Shown here: piece by piece, positions 17,854 to 27,040 of the stretch
How the letters are laid out: the number at the start of each line of letters is the position of its first letter
Numbering within the stretch: position 1 is the stretch's first letter
Translations under genes and position numbers: made by a program
Notes under the pieces: generated by a model
Database searches by the model: none
The model's input: the letters and a program-made list of their open reading frames with translations, nothing else
Told to the model about the DNA's origin: nothing
Assembly (NCBI GenBank): GCA_020059485.1
Contig: JAGVCA010000039.1
Location: 3,354 to 67,353 of the forward strand
Length of the DNA: 64,000 bases
DNA from: Anaerolineales bacterium
Lineage (GTDB): Bacteria; Chloroflexota; Anaerolineae; Anaerolineales; UBA11579
Reading direction: 5' to 3'

Positions 17854-18537
17854 ATGGATACCATGAGCGAAGAACCTGATACCACCCCAATAGACGAGCA
17901 GGATGACCAGCAAACCCCAAATGAGCCTGCCAGCGAGTTTGAGCGGATCGAAGTCGGTGATAAAGAGATCCTGAGCGAGGTACCGCTCACCGCAGCCCCG
18001 GCAGACCTGGAGAGCGAGCGGACGGAAACCGAGGCGGTGAAGGAACCGAGCCGGTTTGCGCTGTTCCTGCGAAGAGCGCTGATCTGGCTGGGCGCAGGGA
18101 TGGCAGTCTTTCTGGCCGGTTTTCTGACAATGTACTTCACACTCTATCAGCCAAAGATAACCGAATTGGAGCGGACTAGCGCCGACCTGACGGATGCGCA
18201 GTCCGAGATCGTCTCTCTGAATGCCCGGCTGGACCTGCTGGAAGGCGCCGATGCGCACCGCAGCCTGCTGACGGTGTTGGTCGATGTGTATGATGCCCGG
18301 CTGGCGCTGACGGAAGAGAATGCGGTGGCGGCAAAGTCCGCTCTCGCAAATACGCCTGCCGCGCTGGATGAAGTGCTGGATGAGATCGAGGAATTCGACG
18401 CCACCCTGGCAGAGGCCTTGCCCCAGCGCCTGAACCTGATCCGAACGAACATCGACCGGGACCCCGAAACAGCAATCGCCGATTGTGACCAGATGATCGA
18501 AGATCTGATGGAAGTGGAACAGGCCCTGTTCCCCTGA
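17854..18537 (+). CDS. Hypothetical membrane-anchored coiled-coil protein
   Basis: 227 aa. Acidic N-terminus, one TM helix (LIWLGAGMAVFLAGFLTMYF), then a helical heptad-like region. The antisense ORF 17800..18555 looks like nonsense composition. Confidence 0.6.
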   Translation: MDTMSEEPDTTPIDEQDDQQTPNEPASEFERIEVGDKEILSEVPLTAAPADLESERTETEAVKEPSRFALFLRRALIWLGAGMAVFLAGFLTMYFTLYQPKITELERTSADLTDAQSEIVSLNARLDLLEGADAHRSLLTVLVDVYDARLALTEENAVAAKSALANTPAALDEVLDEIEEFDATLAEALPQRLNLIRTNIDRDPETAIADCDQMIEDLMEVEQALFP

Positions 18538-18565
18538 TCGTGATGTGACCAGCACCCGATAAACG

Positions 18566-18593
18566 AAAAAAACTGGCCCTCAGGCCAGTTTTT
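18566..18593. terminator. Bidirectional intrinsic terminator between convergent genes
   Basis: AAAAAAACTGGCC-CTCA-GGCCAGTTTTT: a GC stem flanked by an A-run and a T-run, between the stops at 18537 (+) and 18597 (-). Confidence 0.8.
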
Positions 18594-18596
18594 GAT

Positions 18597-19310
18597 TCAT
18601 CTCCAGGTGCGGTCGTCCGGGTCGGAGAAATAATAATGCTGGCGCGCCGACGGCTGCGGACGGAACAGGAAACCGCGGGCCAACAAGACCCCAAACAGGA
18701 ACCCGCCCATGTGTGCCCACCAGGCGACGCCGCCCATCGTGACCTGACCGAGAGAAGCCACCCCGGAGAAAAACTGGGTCACGAACCAGATGCCGAGGTA
18801 GAGGTACGCCGGCACATTGATCGTTGTAAAGAAAAAGAACAGCGGGAGCAGGGTGACCACCCGAGCCGAAGGGAACAGGATGATGTAAGCGCCCATCACT
18901 CCGGCAATCGCCCCGCTGGCCCCAAGCGTTGGGATCATACTGTTAGGCGCAGCCGCAAACTGTAGCAGACCAGCCGCCAAGCCTCCCAGCAGATAGAAGG
19001 CCAGATAACCGATCGGCCCCATCCGGTCTTCCACGTTATCGCCAAAGATGATCAGGATCCACATATTGCTGATGAAGTGTACCCAGCCGCCATGCATGAA
19101 CATGCTGGTGAACAATGTGATCACGAACCACAGCGGATTGGTCTGCCAGGTGGCAGGGATGAAGGCGAAGTTGTTGATGAACCATTCAAATTGCGGGATG
19201 GTGAGGACCAGCTGGAAGAGGAAAACAGCCGTGTTGGCGGCCACGATCAGCCAGGTGGTGACCGGCACATGGCGAGAAGGGATCGAATCTCGGAGCGGGA
19301 TCATGCCCAT
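18597..19310 (-). CDS. Rhomboid family intramembrane serine protease
   Basis: 237 aa with HGGWVHFISNMWILIIFGDNVE and GASGAIAGVMGAY (GxSG catalytic Ser) plus a later His-containing helix. Confidence 0.9.
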   Translation of the reverse strand: MGMIPLRDSIPSRHVPVTTWLIVAANTAVFLFQLVLTIPQFEWFINNFAFIPATWQTNPLWFVITLFTSMFMHGGWVHFISNMWILIIFGDNVEDRMGPIGYLAFYLLGGLAAGLLQFAAAPNSMIPTLGASGAIAGVMGAYIILFPSARVVTLLPLFFFFTTINVPAYLYLGIWFVTQFFSGVASLGQVTMGGVAWWAHMGGFLFGVLLARGFLFRPQPSARQHYYFSDPDDRTWR

Positions 19311-19422
19311 AGTATAGCCCAGGTCTGGCAGCGTGATGTAATAATTTGGTTAATTTCCACCCTGGTTTTGAAATGGAGAGCAGCGCTGCTGCGCTGGTAT
19401 AATTCGAGCCGACACTTGATGG

Positions 19423-20019
19423 ATGGAGACTATGGACGAAACGACCAAACGATCATTCACCCGCGCTGACTGGTTTAAACTATTTCTGGTAACCGCCTTC
19501 CTGCCGCATATGTGGAGCTTGCTGATGATCTTCAGGGATGTGCCCTGGGTTTCACGCCGGACGGATATATGGGACGGGATCGGTTTTGCCGGTTATGGCT
19601 TGCTGTACACCCTGCTCGAATCCGTGCTGCTGTTTGGCTTCATCGCCCTGCTCAGCTTACTGACACCCCGGCAGTGGAGTAAATCTTTACGGATCACGAT
19701 CCTGAGCGTGATCGCCTTCGCCCTGGCCTCGTGGTCGATCCTGGAACAATTGATCCTGATCGTCCTGCATGACCAGTTGCGGGCGTATGCCACTGAAAAT
19801 CTTTGGTTGATCTCGCCTGTCTGGCTGCCTCAGGCCATGATGGCTGCCTTAATCGCCTTGACCACTGCGATTGCCTTCCTGCTGCTCCGCAATATTTCCT
19901 CTTTCCGGCTGGCAATGGATAACTTCCTGGATCGGGTGGCAATGCTTTCGGGGCTGTACCTGGTGCTGGATGTGGCTGGATTCGTGGTGATCGTGGTCCG
20001 GAATGTGACAGGAGCTTGA
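19423..20019 (+). CDS. Hypothetical polytopic membrane protein (about 5 TM)
   Basis: 198 aa with five hydrophobic helices. Its stop lies a few nt before the start of the sulfatase-fold gene. Confidence 0.6.
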   Translation: METMDETTKRSFTRADWFKLFLVTAFLPHMWSLLMIFRDVPWVSRRTDIWDGIGFAGYGLLYTLLESVLLFGFIALLSLLTPRQWSKSLRITILSVIAFALASWSILEQLILIVLHDQLRAYATENLWLISPVWLPQAMMAALIALTTAIAFLLLRNISSFRLAMDNFLDRVAMLSGLYLVLDVAGFVVIVVRNVTGA

Positions 20020-20024
20020 CAGCA

Positions 20025-21539
20025 ATGAAGCAACATCTCTCTCGCCGTGATTTTCTGAAACTGACCGGGACGGCTTCAGCCGCTCTGCCAGCCCTGCGCT
20101 ACCTGCCCCGCCGTCAGGCCAATGGCAATCTGCCAAATATCCTGATCCTGGTGTACGATGCCTGGTCGGCCCACAATATTTCCCTCTATGGATACGAACG
20201 GGATACCACCCCCAACCTGCGCCGGCTGGCCGAGCGGGCGACAGTCTTCCACAAGCACTACTCCGCGGGCAACTTCACCTTCCCCGGGACCAGCTCGCTG
20301 GTCACTGGCACCTATCCCTGGACGCACCGCGGCTTCAGCCCAGGTATGGGGATCGACCCGCAGTTTGAAACCCGCAACATGTTCCAATTGTTCGATCAGT
20401 ATTTCCGTATTAGCTATACGCATAATGCGGTGGCCCATGTGCTGCTGCGGCAGATACAGGAGAGCATGGATCGGCTAAAACCGCGCCAGGACCTGTACCT
20501 GGACCGGGACCCGGCTTCGGGCCTGTTCTTCGTCAATGACGAGGATATCGCCAATATCGGCTGGTGGCAGTCGATCGTCAAGAAAGGCCGCAAAGGGACC
20601 TATTCCCTGTTCTTCTCGCATTTTTACCGGGATTATAAAGACCGCATCCTGGCGCGCTATGCCGATGTGTATCCGCGCGGGCTGCCGAATATCCGCGATG
20701 ACAACTTCTTCCTGCCGGAGGATGCCACCGACTGGGTGATGGAAGAGGTCAGCCAGATGCACGGACAGGAGACGCCTTTCCTGGGGTATTTCCATTACCT
20801 GCCCCCGCATGACCCGTACCACACCAGAGCCGAGTTCGTCGATGCCTTCCGGGATGACGCTTACCAGCCGGTGGAGAAACCACAGCACATTTTCTCGCGT
20901 GGACGGACCTACGCGGAAACCACCCACTCCCGCCGGATGTATGACGAATTCTGCCTGCTGGCAGACCAGGAAATTGGGCGGACCTTCGATCACCTGGAAC
21001 AGACCGGTATCCTGGATGACACGATCGTGATCGTGACCTCCGACCATGGCGAGATGTTTGAGCGCGGGCTGGAGAAGCATTATTTCGAATCGCTCCACCA
21101 GCCGGTGGTCCATGTGCCGCTGCTGATCTTTACCCCGGGAACCCAGACCCGGCAGGATGTGACCAGCGTGACCTCAAGCACTGACCTGCTGCCGACCCTG
21201 CTGCACCTGGCCGGTCAGCCGATCCCGGATTGGATCGAAGGGGAGGTCCTGCCGCCGTTTGCCGGCAGCCAGCCCGACCCGGACCGGTCTGTATATGCCG
21301 TCGAGGCCAAGGGCAGTGAACAGTATGGAGAGATCCATCCGGTCTCGCTGATGATCGTCCGTGACGGATATAAACTGACGTATTACGATGGCTGGCTGCG
21401 GCAGGAGGGCAAGGGTCCGCTGGTGGAACTGTATGAAATTGAGGACGACCCGGAGGAAATGTTCGACCTTTCGGAGCAGCTGCCGGAAGTGCGGAATGCG
21501 CTGCTGAGTGAAGTGTTGAAAAAGGCTGGGTTGGCGTAA
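20025..21539 (+). CDS. Tat-signal sulfatase-fold (alkaline phosphatase superfamily) hydrolase/transferase lacking the Cys/Ser-x-P-x-R motif
   Basis: ATG at 20025 gives MKQHLSRRDFLKLTGTASAALPA (twin-arginine signal). The sulfatase-fold blocks NILILVYDAWS...TPNLRRLA...TFPGTSSLVTGTYPW ... VIVTSDHGEMF are present. TFPGT occupies the position of CxPxR. Confidence 0.8.
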   Translation: MKQHLSRRDFLKLTGTASAALPALRYLPRRQANGNLPNILILVYDAWSAHNISLYGYERDTTPNLRRLAERATVFHKHYSAGNFTFPGTSSLVTGTYPWTHRGFSPGMGIDPQFETRNMFQLFDQYFRISYTHNAVAHVLLRQIQESMDRLKPRQDLYLDRDPASGLFFVNDEDIANIGWWQSIVKKGRKGTYSLFFSHFYRDYKDRILARYADVYPRGLPNIRDDNFFLPEDATDWVMEEVSQMHGQETPFLGYFHYLPPHDPYHTRAEFVDAFRDDAYQPVEKPQHIFSRGRTYAETTHSRRMYDEFCLLADQEIGRTFDHLEQTGILDDTIVIVTSDHGEMFERGLEKHYFESLHQPVVHVPLLIFTPGTQTRQDVTSVTSSTDLLPTLLHLAGQPIPDWIEGEVLPPFAGSQPDPDRSVYAVEAKGSEQYGEIHPVSLMIVRDGYKLTYYDGWLRQEGKGPLVELYEIEDDPEEMFDLSEQLPEVRNALLSEVLKKAGLA

Positions 21540-21592
21540 GGGAGGGCTGAGTGAGGTACAACCTCCCGATGCTCGAACTGGTGTTAACAGAT

Positions 21593-21622
21593 CAGGGGTC
21601 CAAACTGAAGTTTGGACCCCTG
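21593..21622. terminator. Terminator-like hairpin between convergent genes
   Basis: 13-bp perfect stem CAGGGGTCCAAAC / GTTTGGACCCCTG with loop TGAA. The flanking U-tracts are weak. Confidence 0.5.
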
Positions 21623-21697
21623 TTGTATCTAGAACAAAGACGATATCCCCGCGTGTCCGCCGGTCAAGCCGAAATAATCTGCCTTGGAAGAACCGGG

Positions 21698-22525
21698 TCA
21701 GCCTTCGGACGCCAGCACAGGGCGGGCGGACTCGGACTCCCTGGCAACTGATTGCGGCTTAGCCGCGACCATAAAACCAGTGAACATCAAGATTGCCGAA
21801 ATCAATTCGCCCAGATAGAGATATTGGCCATAGCCGAGACGGGTCAGCGTGCTGGCAAATCCAATCAGCAACGCACCGGCAGCGATCAACACGTTGGCGA
21901 CAACCCGATTGGGCAGAACCTGCTTGCGCCAAAACAGGAAAGCCGACCAGATCGCCCCGCCAACCAGAGTGACCAGGCCATAAATATTGAAAAATGGGGT
22001 TGTCAGCCGGACGGATGTCCCCAACGGCAGGATCCCACGGATAACGGTGATCTCTTCTCCCCGATAGGTGATCTCCGCTGTCTGTGCGCCCAGGGGGATT
22101 TCTTCCCCTGGTTCGATCCGTTTGGTGCCATACTGCTCACTGATCGGTTTTGAAGTGGTGAAAATATCCGCGTCAATTCTCTGGATCGCCTGGACCATCA
22201 GATAAGTTGTCCCCAAGGATGCCAGCACCAACACAACCGTGACGCCATGCACCCATTTCTTCCGGACCAGTAATGTCAGCGTACCGTGTCCGATCCATGC
22301 GGCATTGAGCGCTGCGCCAAAAAGGTACCAGGAAAAAAATACCCATTTGTTCCAGGTAAGCGCCAGGTAAACCTCAGCAAAACTGCCGGTGCCAAACATG
22401 GCCAGACCGATACCCCAAAACAGGAAGTACAGTTTTCGGGTTGCGAAATAGCGCTGGAGAACGAAGATCACGAAGATCAGCATGATCACAGTTGAGAGAA
22501 ACGGTAAGATCAAATTCAAAGACAT
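21698..22525 (-). CDS. Hypothetical polytopic membrane protein
   Basis: 275 aa with multiple TM helices and one central soluble loop (about 60 aa). No family recognised. Confidence 0.6.
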   Translation of the reverse strand: MSLNLILPFLSTVIMLIFVIFVLQRYFATRKLYFLFWGIGLAMFGTGSFAEVYLALTWNKWVFFSWYLFGAALNAAWIGHGTLTLLVRKKWVHGVTVVLVLASLGTTYLMVQAIQRIDADIFTTSKPISEQYGTKRIEPGEEIPLGAQTAEITYRGEEITVIRGILPLGTSVRLTTPFFNIYGLVTLVGGAIWSAFLFWRKQVLPNRVVANVLIAAGALLIGFASTLTRLGYGQYLYLGELISAILMFTGFMVAAKPQSVARESESARPVLASEG

Positions 22526-22555
22526 GGCAACTCCTTAATTTTGCTCGGGTCCAGA

Positions 22556-22768
22556 TTAAAACGAGATCACGCCCACCAGAACCCCGAGGGCAAACAGAAT
22601 CAAGCCGGAGGTGATGATCGCCATGACTAGCAGCAGGGCCGGGACAACCTTTTGATAGAAGGTCGAGTCCTCAGGAATTCTGGAAGGATTGTTTGAGGCT
22701 GGTTTTTTTGTCGGGGATTTGGAATTATTCATCGCGGTCGCTTGTTGGTGAGGTTTATTCTGGTTCAT
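22556..22768 (-). CDS. Possible small membrane protein (start uncertain)
   Basis: The C-terminal hydrophobic helix VVPALLLVMAIITSGLILFALGVLVGVISF follows a polar N/S/P/K-rich region. ATG candidates lie at 22768 and 22732, both with a weak SD. Confidence 0.35.
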   Translation of the reverse strand: MNQNKPHQQATAMNNSKSPTKKPASNNPSRIPEDSTFYQKVVPALLLVMAIITSGLILFALGVLVGVISF

Positions 22769-22954
22769 TGTCCTATACGGGGAGAAAATAATCCAGTTAG
22801 TATTTGTCATATTTTGCAAGTTTTCATAAGTTTTTTTCCAATCCAGGCGGCTGATGTTTATCACGGGCAGAATTATTCACTTTTGGTGAGCCATTGAGCA
22901 ACCAGACTTATTGAACCACTTATCGATCGATCTCTCACAGCATTAAATCGATGT

Positions 22955-22999
22955 CAATAAAAATGAAAACTGGCTCCCAGACTTGATATTGGGAGCCAG
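22955..22999 (-). terminator. Intrinsic terminator downstream of the TatA/B-like gene
   Basis: 10-bp stem CTGGCTCCCA / TGGGAGCCAG (22970-22979 and 22990-22999). On the minus strand it is followed by TTTTCATTTTTATT. Confidence 0.7.
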
Positions 23000-23044
23000 A
23001 AGGATCGATACGGGTAGATGCCAGTTTGGGGAGGGAGGGTTTCT

Positions 23045-23269
23045 TTACTCCTCCCGCTTCTCCCGATAATAGCGTACGACGTTGCCCAAGCCGCGCATGA
23101 TGCCGCGGCCTTGCTGTGCGGCTTTACTCTTGCCTGCCCGGCGGAAGCCGCGCCGGACCCAATCTCCGATGGCACGCCAGCCGCGAATGATCCGGCGCGG
23201 TCCGACGACCAGAAATACGATCAAAAAAAAGAAGATCAGTTCAAGCACACCAACGTAGCCAAATTCCAT
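23045..23269 (-). CDS. TatA/TatB-family twin-arginine translocase subunit (TatB-like)
   Basis: 74 aa. MEFGYVGVLELIFFFLIVFLVVGPRRI... matches the TM helix + GP + amphipathic basic helix pattern of TatA/B (compare LVVLGPQRLP in TatB). Confidence 0.65.
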   Translation of the reverse strand: MEFGYVGVLELIFFFLIVFLVVGPRRIIRGWRAIGDWVRRGFRRAGKSKAAQQGRGIMRGLGNVVRYYREKREE

Positions 23270-23283
23270 TCAGACTCCCATGA

Positions 23284-24132
23284 TCAAAAACGCTCCAGGA
23301 CAGCAGCCACCTGGGAAAGGTAACTGCGTCCGAAGAGATTGAGGTGGTTGAGCAGGTGATAGAGATTATACAGCGGGAAACGCTGGCGGAAGCCGGCTGC
23401 CAACGGACGAACCTCCTGATAACCTTCCCAAAAACTTGGGTCGGGCGATCCGAACAGGGTCATCATTGCCAGGTCAGCCTCCGCCCAGCCGTAGTATGCG
23501 GCCGGGTCGATGATCGCAGGCTGACCCTTGGCATCGGTCATCCAGTTGCCGGACCACAGGTCGCCGTGCAGGATGGAAGGCGGCTGTTCGGGGACCAGGT
23601 CAGGCAGCCGGGCGGCCAATTCTCCCACCTCGTGGAGATGCTCCGCTGAGAGCAGCCCGTGCTGGGCAGCCGTTTCTGCCTGGCTGATCAACCGGTGGTG
23701 GGCGAAAAAATCCCAGCCGTCCTCCGTCCACGGGTTGGCTTGCGGGCTGCTGCCGATGTAGTTGTCGTGATCGAAACCGAAACGGGCGGCTGTTTTCAGA
23801 TGCAGGGCAGCCATCCGGCGGCCAAATTCGGGCCAGTAACCGCTGGCAGGCGGGGCAGGCTGCAAGTCTTCCAAGAGCAGGAATTCCCGCCCGGCAAGGT
23901 GGACCTCGGGGAGGCGCGGTCCGCCCGCGACTGCCAGGGCTTGCAACCCTTCGGCTTCACGGGTGAACATATCCGGCGGGCAATTGGGGTTGGTCTTGAG
24001 GATGTAACGACCGCCGGCGCTGGTGGTCAGCCGGCTGCCGTTGTTGATGCACCCGCCGCCAACCGGGCCAGCGTGGGAGACCTGGCCCATACCGGCCTCA
24101 GTGAGCCATTCGTGAACCGCCGCCGGGATCAC
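23284..24132 (-). CDS. Fructosamine kinase family protein
   Basis: 282 aa with ILHGDLWSGNWM and IDPAAYYGWAEADLAMMTLFG, typical of the fructosamine-3-kinase/YniA family. Confidence 0.88.
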   Translation of the reverse strand: MIPAAVHEWLTEAGMGQVSHAGPVGGGCINNGSRLTTSAGGRYILKTNPNCPPDMFTREAEGLQALAVAGGPRLPEVHLAGREFLLLEDLQPAPPASGYWPEFGRRMAALHLKTAARFGFDHDNYIGSSPQANPWTEDGWDFFAHHRLISQAETAAQHGLLSAEHLHEVGELAARLPDLVPEQPPSILHGDLWSGNWMTDAKGQPAIIDPAAYYGWAEADLAMMTLFGSPDPSFWEGYQEVRPLAAGFRQRFPLYNLYHLLNHLNLFGRSYLSQVAAVLERF

Positions 24133-24611
24133 TCCTGCTGCTGCTCCAGGGCATCCAGCAGCCCCTGGGAGGCGCGTTTGACGATCTGGAAGGTAATCTC
24201 AAAACCGTCAATGCCGCCGTAATACGGGTCGGGGACGCTGTCGCCGGGGCCGCCTTTGGGGTCGTAAGTGCGCATGGTGCTAAGCTTGGCCAGGTCGGCA
24301 TCGTTGCGGACCATACGTTTGAGGCTGGTCAGGTTGGCGGTATCCATGGCGATCAACAGGTCGAATTCGTCAAAATCTTCTACCCGCACCTGGCGGGCGC
24401 GGCCATCATATTGGAAGCCATGCCGGGCGGCAACCTCGCGCATGCGGGCATCCGGCGATTCGCCCACATGATAGCCAGACGTGCCGGCCGAGTCGGTGAG
24501 ATAGCGGTCGGCCGCATCGGACTCCTCCGCCAGATAGCGGAAGATATGCTCCGCCAGTGGGCTGCGGATGATATTCCCCTGGCAGACAAACAGGATGCGG
24601 GTTTGGGTCAT
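24129..24611 (-). CDS. Low-molecular-weight protein tyrosine phosphatase
   Basis: 160 aa. ILFVCQGNIIRSPLAE carries the CX5R(S) P-loop, and a downstream DP motif is present. Confidence 0.9.
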   Translation of the reverse strand: MTQTRILFVCQGNIIRSPLAEHIFRYLAEESDAADRYLTDSAGTSGYHVGESPDARMREVAARHGFQYDGRARQVRVEDFDEFDLLIAMDTANLTSLKRMVRNDADLAKLSTMRTYDPKGGPGDSVPDPYYGGIDGFEITFQIVKRASQGLLDALEQQQE

Positions 24612-26872
24612 CGCCTGCCTCCCACATCCATGACCGCCACCGCGGCCATATTGACGATATCACGGACATCATCGCCAGTCTGCAGGACGTGGACCGGCGC
24701 GCCCATCCCCAGCAGGATCGGGCCGATCTTCTGGGCTTTGCCCAGCCGGTCGAGCAGTTTGTAGGCGATATTGGCGGCCTCCAGCGAGGGAAAGATCAGG
24801 ACATTGGCGTCTCTGACCTGGCTGAAGGGATAACGCTGCTCAATGATCTCGGGGACGACCGCGGTATCAGCCTGCATCTCACCATCCACCATCAGGTCCG
24901 GCCGTTTGGCCTGGATCATCTCGACAGCCCGCTGCACCTTGAAAGACTGCGGGTGAGGGGTGCTGCCGAAATTGGAGAAGGACAACAGGGCGACTCGCGG
25001 TGTCAGGCCGAGGCGTTCGGCAAAATTGGCGGCTAGGCAGGCGATCTCAACCAGGTCTTCGGCGGTCGGGTCGATGATGACGGTGGCATCCGAAAACAGG
25101 TACACCTTATCCTCGACGATCATGATATAGACACCGGTCACCCGACCAGCATCCTCGGCGGTGTGATGGATCTGGAGCGCCGGGCGAATAACCTCAGGGT
25201 AATCGTAGGTCAGGCCGGAGACAAACGCATCGGCGTCACCCATTTTGACCAGCATGTTGCCAAAGATATTGCGGTCGAGCCGGAGACGTTTCAGGGCTTC
25301 TTTGATCGAGACGCCCTTGCGCTGGCGCAGGCTGTGGTAGGCCTCGGCATACTCCGGGAGACGGTCAAACTTTTCCGGATCAATGACGGTCAGATTGACT
25401 GGCAGACCGAGTTCGGTAATTTTTGCGTTGATCCGGTCGGGGTTGCCAAGCAGGATCGGAGCCCCGATACCTTCGGCTTTTACCTGGGCGGCGGCGCGGA
25501 TGATCTTGGACTCCTCACCCTCGGCAAACACCACCCGCTTGCGGGAACTGACTGACCGGGCCTGGTTGAGGATATGGTGGCGGATCTGCTGGCTCTTACC
25601 CTGGCGCAAAGCCAGTTCCTGGCGGTATTCCTCCACGTCGATCTGAAGGCGGGCAACACCGGTCCGCATGGCGGCCTCGGCCACCGCGGGGGCTTCCCAC
25701 AGGAGGACGCGCGGGTCGAGCGGTTTGGGGATGATGTACTCCCGGCCAAACTTCAACGATTCAAGGCCATAGGCCCGCAGCACGCTGTCCGGGATATCCT
25801 CTTTGGCTAGCGCGGCCAGCGAGTAGGCGGCGGCCAGTTTCATCTCATCATTGATCGCCCGGGCACGCACATCCAGCGCTCCGCGGAAGATGAAGGGGAA
25901 CCCGAGGACGTTGTTGACCTGGTTGGGAAAGTCTGAGCGGCCGGTGGCGACAATCGCATCCGGACGCGCCTGACAGGCTAGTTCGTAATCGATTTCCGGG
26001 GTCGGATTGGCCATGGCGAAGATGATCGGGTCGCGGGCCATTTTCTTGACCATTTCTGGTTTGAGGACGCCGCCGACCGACAGGCCGTAAAAAACATCGG
26101 CGTCCTCGATGATCTCAGCCAGTGTGCGGGCTGTGGTATTACGGGCAAAAGGCTCCAGATAAGCGTGCATGCCTTCGGTCCGGCCTTCGTACACCACGCC
26201 ATGCACGTCGCTGAGGAACAGGTTCTTGGGGGGAACACCGAGCAGCAGCGCCATGCGGGCACAAGACAATCCGGCCGCGCCAGCGCCGGAAATGACCAGC
26301 TTGATCCCGGCAATGTCCTTCTTGACCAGCTCCAGGGCGTTCATCAGGCCGGCAGCGGTGATTATGGCAGTCCCGTGCTGGTCGTCGTGGAAGACGGGAA
26401 TATCGAGCATTCCCTGGAGGGTCTCTTCGATATAGAAACATTCCGGGGCTTTGATGTCTTCGAGATTGATGCCGCCAAAGGTCGGGGAGATGGCGCGTAC
26501 CACCTGGATGATCTCATCCGGGTCCTGGCTGTCGACCTCGATATCAAAGACATCGATATCAGCAAATTTCTTGAAGAGCACACCTTTGCCCTCCATGACC
26601 GGCTTGGAGGCCAGTGCGCCGCGGTTGCCCAGGCCAAGGATGGCCGAGCCATTCGAGACCACCCCGACCAGGTTACCGCGCGAGGTGTATTCGAAAGCAG
26701 CGGCGGGATCCTTATCGATCTCCAGCACCGGTTCGGCCACCCCGGGCGAGTAGGCCAGGGCCAGATCGCGCTGGGATTCCAGCGGTTTGGTCGGCTGGAC
26801 GGAGATCTTGCCAGGCTTGCCGCCAAGGCGATGGTATTCGAGGGCATCTTTTCGCAGATCAGACATGAGCAC
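24608..26872 (-). CDS. maeB: NADP-dependent malic enzyme with a C-terminal phosphate acetyltransferase-like domain
   Basis: 754 aa with the N-terminus LEYHRLGGKPGKISVQPTKPL...DLALAYSPGVA, the Rossmann motif SGAGAAG, and a PTA-like C-terminal ~330 aa. Confidence 0.93.
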   Translation of the reverse strand: MLMSDLRKDALEYHRLGGKPGKISVQPTKPLESQRDLALAYSPGVAEPVLEIDKDPAAAFEYTSRGNLVGVVSNGSAILGLGNRGALASKPVMEGKGVLFKKFADIDVFDIEVDSQDPDEIIQVVRAISPTFGGINLEDIKAPECFYIEETLQGMLDIPVFHDDQHGTAIITAAGLMNALELVKKDIAGIKLVISGAGAAGLSCARMALLLGVPPKNLFLSDVHGVVYEGRTEGMHAYLEPFARNTTARTLAEIIEDADVFYGLSVGGVLKPEMVKKMARDPIIFAMANPTPEIDYELACQARPDAIVATGRSDFPNQVNNVLGFPFIFRGALDVRARAINDEMKLAAAYSLAALAKEDIPDSVLRAYGLESLKFGREYIIPKPLDPRVLLWEAPAVAEAAMRTGVARLQIDVEEYRQELALRQGKSQQIRHHILNQARSVSSRKRVVFAEGEESKIIRAAAQVKAEGIGAPILLGNPDRINAKITELGLPVNLTVIDPEKFDRLPEYAEAYHSLRQRKGVSIKEALKRLRLDRNIFGNMLVKMGDADAFVSGLTYDYPEVIRPALQIHHTAEDAGRVTGVYIMIVEDKVYLFSDATVIIDPTAEDLVEIACLAANFAERLGLTPRVALLSFSNFGSTPHPQSFKVQRAVEMIQAKRPDLMVDGEMQADTAVVPEIIEQRYPFSQVRDANVLIFPSLEAANIAYKLLDRLGKAQKIGPILLGMGAPVHVLQTGDDVRDIVNMAAVAVMDVGGRR

Positions 26873-27040
26873 TCCTCTGGTTTTCGGTCGGGTTAACTAT
26901 AATCGAAAAAATCGGTTCCAGCACCAAACACCCTGCTCCCCGGAAAGGCAATGGACTTCACATCCTGCTTTGCGCCGTAATTAAAACAGGAAATCGATTA
27001 GAATCTGTAACACCAACCGGTTTAGAAAAGGTTCACACCA

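Noticed and set aside
17462-17866. 134-aa plus-strand ORF
   Set aside because: It has implausible composition, no SD and an alternative start codon. It runs into the start of the next gene.
17800-18555. 251-aa minus-strand ORF
   Set aside because: It is antisense to the 17854..18537 ORF. It is Gln/Arg/Cys-rich with no plausible domain, whereas the plus-strand product has a coherent acidic tail, TM helix and coiled coil.
26873-27040. LexA (Cheo-box GAAC-N4-GTTC) operator upstream of recA
   Set aside because: I looked at CGAAAAAATCGGTTCC and AGAAAAGGTTCAC. Neither has the required spacing (they give GAA-N8-TTC and GAA-N4-TTC, not GAA-N6-TTC). I cannot support an SOS box from the sequence alone.
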